From positions 64,224-128,223 of the forward strand of contig JAFVSI010000050.1 of NCBI GenBank assembly GCA_017503865.1: a stretch of DNA of 64,000 nt. Direction: 5' to 3'. This document shows positions 59,701 through 64,000 of this stretch, piece after piece; the stretch's first letter is position 1, and each line of letters starts with the position of its first letter. Position numbers and translations under genes: made by a program. The stretch is from Clostridia bacterium. Lineage in GTDB: Bacteria > Bacillota > Clostridia > Oscillospirales > CAG-272. A model generated the notes under the pieces. It saw nothing but the letters and a program-made list of their open reading frames with translations. It ran no database searches and was not told the origin of the DNA.

Positions 59701-60463
59701 AAACTGTGAATTTGATTCTGCAAAGGCGTTTACACGTGCTGGGGCTGAAGCTGAGATATTCGTTGTAAATAACCTCACCAAAGAGGGAATTGCGAACTCC
59801 GTTTCTGCGTTTGCCGAAAAGATTAAACAGTCTCAGATAATATTTATACCCGGTGGCTTCTCGGGAGGTGACGAGCCTGACGGTTCCGGTAAGTTTATTA
59901 CCGCTTTCTTCCGCAACGGAGCCGTTAAGGAAGAAGTCAACAAGATGCTCAAGCTTCGTGACGGACTTATGTGCGGTATCTGTAACGGATTCCAAGCAAT
60001 TATAAAACTCGGTCTCGTTCCTTTCGGTGAAATAACCGATGTTGATGAGAACTGTCCTACACTTACCTTTAATACAATAGGACGCCATCAGTCAAGACTT
60101 GTAAGAACAAGAATTGCATCTAACAAGTCTCCTTGGCTCTCTGCTTGTGAGGTTGGAGACGTTTATACTGTGCCGATATCTCACGGCGAGGGACGTTTCC
60201 TTGCAAGCGACGAAGTTATAGCAAAGCTTGCCGAGAACGGACAGATTGCAACTCAGTACTGCGATCTTGAGGGTAATCCCACCTCGAACATTCTCTTCAA
60301 TCCCAACAACTCCTGTGCGGCTATCGAGGGTATAACCTCTCCCGACGGTCACGTATTCGGAAAGATGGGACACTCAGAGAGAATTGGCAACGGACTTTAT
60401 AAGAACGTTGAAGGTAACTTTGACCTTAAGATGTTTGAGTCTGCTGTTAAGTACTTTAAATAA
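56771..60463 (+). CDS. purL: Phosphoribosylformylglycinamidine synthase, large single-chain form (PurS/PurL/PurQ fused)
   Basis: 1230 aa. ETHNHPT, the GAATCIGGAIRD region, and a C-terminal triad glutaminase (GICNGFQ, HGEG). Confidence 0.95.
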   Translation: MVYRVYVEKKSGLTHEADSLKNEIVNILQISSLNDFRLLNRYDVENIEKELFDYSVGTVFSEPQLDNVSFEDEKDDSYTFAVEYLPGQYDQRADSAAQCIQIISQGDRPLIRTAKVYKLYGKLTDEDIAAIKKYLINPVESREASLEEYETLKTVYDIPESVEILDGFIDLDEENIPKFIAKYGLAMDADDLRFCRDYFITEKRNPTISEVRMIDTYWSDHCRHTTFLTTIDSVKFEDKLLEDAYNDYLTTRDSLGRTKPINLMDIATITVKYLRKNGKLEKLDESEEINACTVKVKVNVEGEEQDWLLLFKNETHNHPTEIEPFGGAATCIGGAIRDPLSGRSYVYAAMRVTGAADPLKPVNETMAGKLPQRKIVTTAAAGYSSYGNQIGLATGQVDEIYHDGYVAKRMEIGAVIAAAPAENVVREVPEPGDVVILLGGRTGRDGCGGATGSSKSHTLDSLQSCGAEVQKGNAPEERKLQRLFRNKDASRLIRRCNDFGAGGVSVAIGELSDGVSIDLNAVPKKYEGLDGTELAISESQERMAVVVRATDVDKFISLANSENIEATVVAKVTGDNRLTMTWNGKKIVDLSRDFLNSNGAQKHIDVVAKAPEDFSKKIEGGFAENMTKLASDLNVCSKRGLSERFDSTIGAGTVLMPFGGKNQSTPIQAMVHKISVEKQDTDTCSLMAWGYNPFISEKSPYHGAYLAVVESVSKLIATGAKFEDVYLTFQEYFEKPLKDARRWGMPLAALLGGFKAQMDLEIGAIGGKDSMSGSFEDIDVPPTLVSFAVTTEKLDKITSPEFKAAGHKVVLITPKYTKDNLPDVASLKEVYDTVYGLVSTGKAVAVYTPTYGGVAEAVMKMCFGNSFGFKFDDAVTLDEIFGYSYGSFVVELNDDSVCVGKTLGVTTENCAIAYAGEKVCREKLYEDYEAKLESVFPTRAKESDKEIPAYSYKATSHATSLNRVARPKVLIPVFPGTNCEFDSAKAFTRAGAEAEIFVVNNLTKEGIANSVSAFAEKIKQSQIIFIPGGFSGGDEPDGSGKFITAFFRNGAVKEEVNKMLKLRDGLMCGICNGFQAIIKLGLVPFGEITDVDENCPTLTFNTIGRHQSRLVRTRIASNKSPWLSACEVGDVYTVPISHGEGRFLASDEVIAKLAENGQIATQYCDLEGNPTSNILFNPNNSCAAIEGITSPDGHVFGKMGHSERIGNGLYKNVEGNFDLKMFESAVKYFK

Positions 60464-60466
60464 TTT

Positions 60467-60508
60467 AAAACAAAACACCTTTGAGAGTAAAATCTCAAAG
60501 GTGTTTTT
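60467..60508. terminator. Bidirectional terminator after purL; probably also used by glmM
   Basis: 12-bp stem ACACCTTTGAGA/TCTCAAAGGTGT flanked by an A-rich run and a T-run. Confidence 0.8.
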
Positions 60509-60650
60509 ATATATTTTGAACTTCATTTTGTTTTGTAATTACTCACATATTTGTAGAAGCTCTGCGACAGCTTTTCAAATGCTACCGATGAGGCACCCGC
60601 CGAAATTTCGAAAACCTCATACCTCGTCAACCGCAAAAGCGGTCTGGCGC

Positions 60651-62006
60651 TTATTTTTGACTTAATTTTTCTTTAATAAAGTCGGATACAGAATTTGCAA
60701 TCTCTTCAATTTCTTTCTCGTTCTTTCCCTCGACCATAACTCTTATAAGCGGCTCAGTGCCCGACGGACGAACGACAATCCTTCCGTTGTCTCCAAGTTT
60801 TTCTTTAGCCGCAAGTACCGTTTCGTCAATTGACCTGTCGGTGTAGAATGCAAGCTTTCCTTCTGGCGTTGTTTTAATGTTTACCGAGATTTGCGGATAC
60901 CTTGTCATCACAGAGGCAAGGGAAGAGAGAGTTCTTTTTTCGGATTTCAAATGAGAAAGAAGCTGTGCGGCAGTAAGCTGACCGTCACCGGTTGTGGCGA
61001 AATCTCTAAAAATGATATGTCCTGATTGCTCACCACCAAATGAATAATCCTCAAGGAGCATTTCTTCGAGAACGTATCGGTCGCCAACCTTTGTTGCAAT
61101 GAATTTTAAACCGTTTTCTTCACAAAATTTAGTAAAGCCAAAGTTTGTAAGTATGGTGCCGACAACAGTATTTTTATTAAGCTTTCCACGCTTCATAAGG
61201 TCAAGAGAACAGATTGCCATAATCATATCACCGTCAATCACGTTCCCGTTTTCGTCTATGCAAAGACATCTGTCAGCGTCTCCATCAAAAGCAACACCGC
61301 AGTCAAGCTTGTGCTGAACAACGTATTTTGAAAGATTTTCTAAATTTGTTGAACCGCAGTTTTTGTTGATGTTTTCGCCGTTTGGTGTTGCAGAGAGCAT
61401 ATGCACCTCAGCACCGAGCTCTTCAAAGAGCATTTTTGCACTCACACTTGCAGAGCCGTTTGCACAGTCAACTGCAATTCTAAGACCGGTAAGGGAATTG
61501 TAAACCGTGCTTTTAACGTGTCGAACGTAATCCTTGACAGCATTCTTAGCGTACGTAATACGGCCAACTTTCGCTCCTTGTGCAAGAGTTGGAGCAGTAG
61601 CTTTGTCAAGAACTATTTCTTCGATGCGTTCTTCAAGCATATCAGCGAGCTTAAATCCGTTTCCGTTGAAAATTTTGATACCGTTAAATTCGGCTGGGTT
61701 ATGTGAAGCTGATACCATTATTCCCGCATCGGCTTTGTATTTGCCGATAAGAAAAGCAACGGCAGGCGTAGCTATAACCCCAACGTCAATTACATTAGCA
61801 CCAACAGAGCAAAGCCCCGCAGACAGAGCGGCACTCAGCATATCTGACGACGCACGGGTATCACAGCCAATGAGAAAGGTCGGTGCGTGTCTGCAACCGT
61901 CCGAAAGAATAGTTGCCGCAGCTCTGCCTATCTCCATAGCTCTCTCACAAGTAAGCTCCGAGTTAGCAATTCCTCTGACACCGTCTGTGCCAAATAATCT
62001 ACCCAT
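60651..62006 (-). CDS. glmM: Phosphoglucosamine mutase
   Basis: 451 aa. MGRLFGTDGVRG, the active-site loop SASHNP, DGDADR, and GEQSGH. Confidence 0.95.
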   Translation of the reverse strand: MGRLFGTDGVRGIANSELTCERAMEIGRAAATILSDGCRHAPTFLIGCDTRASSDMLSAALSAGLCSVGANVIDVGVIATPAVAFLIGKYKADAGIMVSASHNPAEFNGIKIFNGNGFKLADMLEERIEEIVLDKATAPTLAQGAKVGRITYAKNAVKDYVRHVKSTVYNSLTGLRIAVDCANGSASVSAKMLFEELGAEVHMLSATPNGENINKNCGSTNLENLSKYVVQHKLDCGVAFDGDADRCLCIDENGNVIDGDMIMAICSLDLMKRGKLNKNTVVGTILTNFGFTKFCEENGLKFIATKVGDRYVLEEMLLEDYSFGGEQSGHIIFRDFATTGDGQLTAAQLLSHLKSEKRTLSSLASVMTRYPQISVNIKTTPEGKLAFYTDRSIDETVLAAKEKLGDNGRIVVRPSGTEPLIRVMVEGKNEKEIEEIANSVSDFIKEKLSQK

Positions 62007-62020
62007 AGTTTTTTCCTTTC

Positions 62021-62689
62021 TTAATTATTATTTTTTAGTACAATATCATTTTTTGATTTGTAAATGCAGTTTGGTGGAACGTAACCGCGTACCATAGAGA
62101 GCGGGTAAATATTAGAATTACGTCCTATTACAGTTCCGGGATTTAAAACCGAGTTGCAGCCAACTTCAACACCATCTCCAATTATTGCTCCAAACTTTTT
62201 GAGCCCTGTTTCTATGACGTTGCCCTCAAACCGTACCTTTACGAGAGACTTGTCACTTTTTACATTAGAAGTTATAGCACCTGCCCCCGTATGAGCCTTG
62301 TATCCAAGTATTGAGTCGCCAATATAATTGAAATGCGGTACTTGAGCGTTATTAAAAATTATAGAATTTTTGATCTCACACGAGTTTCCAATAACGCAGC
62401 CTTCGCCAATAATCACATTGCCTCTTATATACGCACCTGTGCGAAGCTCAGTGTTAGGTCCGATTATTGCAGGTCCGCACAACTCAGCGTTTTTATGGAT
62501 TTTCGCACTTTGGGCGATCCAAACGTTTTCAGATGTACATTTGTAAATTTCATTTGGTAGCTTAGGCCCTATTTCAAGAATGAAATCTCGAATCTTTGGT
62601 AAGACAAGCCAAGGGTATTCCTCAGATTCCAAAAGTGGTCCTGCCAAAGTCATCGACAAGTCAAAAAGATCTTTTGTTCGTATGCTCAT
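62021..62689 (-). CDS. Left-handed beta-helix (hexapeptide-repeat) transferase, resembling the GlmU C-terminal acetyltransferase domain
   Basis: 222 aa. Repeated [LIV]-G-x4 hexads (IIGPNTELRTGAYIRGNVIIGEGCVIGNSCEIKNSII...). Lies 14 nt upstream of glmM in the same orientation. Confidence 0.7.
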   Translation of the reverse strand: MSIRTKDLFDLSMTLAGPLLESEEYPWLVLPKIRDFILEIGPKLPNEIYKCTSENVWIAQSAKIHKNAELCGPAIIGPNTELRTGAYIRGNVIIGEGCVIGNSCEIKNSIIFNNAQVPHFNYIGDSILGYKAHTGAGAITSNVKSDKSLVKVRFEGNVIETGLKKFGAIIGDGVEVGCNSVLNPGTVIGRNSNIYPLSMVRGYVPPNCIYKSKNDIVLKNNN

Positions 62690-62713
62690 AAAATCTCCTT
62701 TCTTTTAGAATTT

Positions 62714-62751
62714 ATAAAAATTCTTGTGGAACTATATAAACGCCACAAGAA
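62714..62751 (-). terminator. Intrinsic terminator after the VanY-like gene
   Basis: Minus-strand stem TTCTTGTGG/CCACAAGAA followed by TTTTTA. Confidence 0.65.
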
Positions 62752-62766
62752 TAATTATATTCAAAA

Positions 62767-64000
62767 CTATTTGGATAATGCAAGGTATTCCTCAAAGCAA
62801 ATATTTGCCTCGTATATTCTTGATGCCACCGTTCGACCTACGAAGCGATAATGCCAGGGCTCATAATCATAGCCCGTTATAGCTTCTTTTGTCGAGGGAT
62901 AGCGAAGAATAAAACCGAATTTATGAGCATTATTCTTCAGCCATGCGAATGCTGTTGAGTTTTCAAAATCATTTGTTAAAGAGGAAGTGCCTTGAACAAA
63001 ATCAACGCAAAGTCCCGTTTGATGCTCGCTATGACCTGGAAGTGCAGAGGTTTTAAGGACTTCTTTTTTTGCGTCTTCATATGATAAGGAATACTTTGAC
63101 ATTTTATGATTTATATAGCTGTCAACTATCTCTACTTGACGCTTATATGAGCGGTAGGTGCTTGAAGCCTGTATACCTTCGATTCCCGACGTTTTCATTG
63201 CGTCCATCATTAAAGTAAGAGCTTTCGCGGGTATTTCTCTTAAATTATAGTAAGACTTTGGGTTGGCGGGATTTGTGTCGCAATTTAGCTGCACGAGGTC
63301 GTAAGGAATATAGGTACTTGAAAGTGGATTCGTATGATTGACAAGCAAAAGATATTCGTCGCTTTTGGGATCAAGTATCGTTGCGTGCAGTCTTGAATCA
63401 AATCCAAATTGCTCGTAGGCAACGTTAGTTACGTCAGCACCGATCTCGGTGGTAAGACCGAGCGGTTCGTATATAGGGTCGTTTTTACCGTTGCTGCCGA
63501 TCTCAACGCGTCCGATAGTTATATTATTTTCTTCCGTATCAATTTGAATATCAAGACCGCTATAAAAGATCTTCGAAATAAAATCAATCGGCACAAGGCA
63601 CATATTTCCTTTAATGATGGCTTTTTGTCCCATATCAAAATATTCGCCGTCAACAATAGCAACGTTGCTATTGTTTGCAAATCTCACGTATTGAAGGGAA
63701 GGAAGCGTAAATTTTCTTGAGGTTGCGTCGCCGCTGATAATTACTTCATCAAGGGTTGCAATTTTTGTTGCGTCAATATACATAATGTCGTTTATCATAA
63801 TATCTTCATACTTTGCTGTGTATTTTTTGTCTCCGATCTTAACCGTAAAATCGTCACTGTTAGGTCGGTTGGCGATAATAGAAGCGGTGTAGACCGACAA
63901 AAGCACAACAGTAGCAATTACGGAGAGTATTGCCACTGTAATAACAACGGCAAAAAACTTATGTTTTTTTAAATACCTACGCGTTTTTGCATAAGAACTC
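62767..64000 (-). CDS. VanY/M15B-family D-Ala-D-Ala carboxypeptidase with an N-terminal membrane anchor and stalk domain (5' end probably outside the window)
   Basis: Zn-peptidase motifs PGHSEHQTGLCVD and EPWHYRF. The reading frame stays open upstream of the GTG at 63936 to the window edge (...KTRRYLKKHKFFAVVITVAILSV...), so the true start probably lies beyond nt 64000. Confidence 0.85.
   Translation of the reverse strand, partial: SSYAKTRRYLKKHKFFAVVITVAILSVIATVVLLSVYTASIIANRPNSDDFTVKIGDKKYTAKYEDIMINDIMYIDATKIATLDEVIISGDATSRKFTLPSLQYVRFANNSNVAIVDGEYFDMGQKAIIKGNMCLVPIDFISKIFYSGLDIQIDTEENNITIGRVEIGSNGKNDPIYEPLGLTTEIGADVTNVAYEQFGFDSRLHATILDPKSDEYLLLVNHTNPLSSTYIPYDLVQLNCDTNPANPKSYYNLREIPAKALTLMMDAMKTSGIEGIQASSTYRSYKRQVEIVDSYINHKMSKYSLSYEDAKKEVLKTSALPGHSEHQTGLCVDFVQGTSSLTNDFENSTAFAWLKNNAHKFGFILRYPSTKEAITGYDYEPWHYRFVGRTVASRIYEANICFEEYLALSK

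Noticed and set aside
58907-60088. 393-aa ORF antisense to purL; also 29074-29970 antisense to pgi, 53446-54072 antisense to purO and 18103-18738 antisense to the aminotransferase
   Set aside because: All are in the codon-aligned antisense frame of a confidently identified sense gene: 58907 and 56771 are both 2 mod 3, 29074 and 28660 both 1 mod 3, 53446 and 53545 both 1 mod 3, and 18103 and 17803 both 1 mod 3. They are shadow ORFs caused by avoidance of TTA, CTA and TCA.
60509-60650. A possible small RNA in the 140-nt gap between the glmM stop and the purL terminator
   Set aside because: Only short, weak hairpins are present (ACCGC-TTTT-GCGGT, the CGAAATTTCG palindrome, ATGAGG...CCTCAT). There is no promoter-like sequence and no similarity to any RNA family I recognise. 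It is most simply a 3' UTR of glmM that ends at the shared terminator.

Overview
This 64 kb window reads as a core chromosomal segment of a low-GC Gram-positive bacterium, probably Clostridia-like. That placement is inferred from a CIRCE operator ahead of groES, mecA, ylxM-ffh-rpsP-KH synteny, TTGACA-17-TATAAT and TGnTAnAAT promoters, and an L-box and a ZTP riboswitch. Coding density is high and almost every gene is housekeeping:
- dapBA behind a lysine riboswitch, then queA, mgtE and ldh.
- ylxM-ffh-rpsP, a family-4 UDG, mecA and an XPD/DinG-like helicase.
- pgk-tpiA, rbfA-nrnA-trxB, lgt, a PBP5-type carboxypeptidase, pgi and topB.
- tRNA-Met and tRNA-Glu, and groESL.
- A nine-gene aromatic amino-acid operon on the minus strand: aroF-tyrA-aroB-aroA-aroC-MFS-pheA-aroE/K-aroQ.
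- An eight-gene purine operon behind a ZTP riboswitch: purE, a purF-like gene, purM, purN, purO, purH, purD and purL.
- glmM, an LbH transferase and a VanY-type peptidase that runs off the right edge.

I found no CRISPR array, transposase, integrase, prophage or recognisable defence system.

The most unusual signal is regulatory. The aromatic operon is preceded by a promoter, a Shine-Dalgarno site, an 18-codon mini-ORF (MKNVFVNKYFYLYFYCIG, 7 Tyr/Phe), a hairpin that covers those aromatic codons, and an intrinsic terminator. Together these look like a ribosome-mediated Phe/Tyr attenuator, which would be unusual in this lineage.

Secondary points:
- The purF-position gene lacks the N-terminal Cys nucleophile.
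- An uncharacterised gene appears to be co-transcribed with groESL.
- An MFS gene and an aroE-aroK fusion sit inside the aro operon.
- A perfect 24-bp palindrome includes the 3' end of tRNA-Glu.
- An AT-rich HTH-membrane gene lies next to the tRNAs.

All product calls rest on motif and family recognition by eye. No database search or RNA folding was run.
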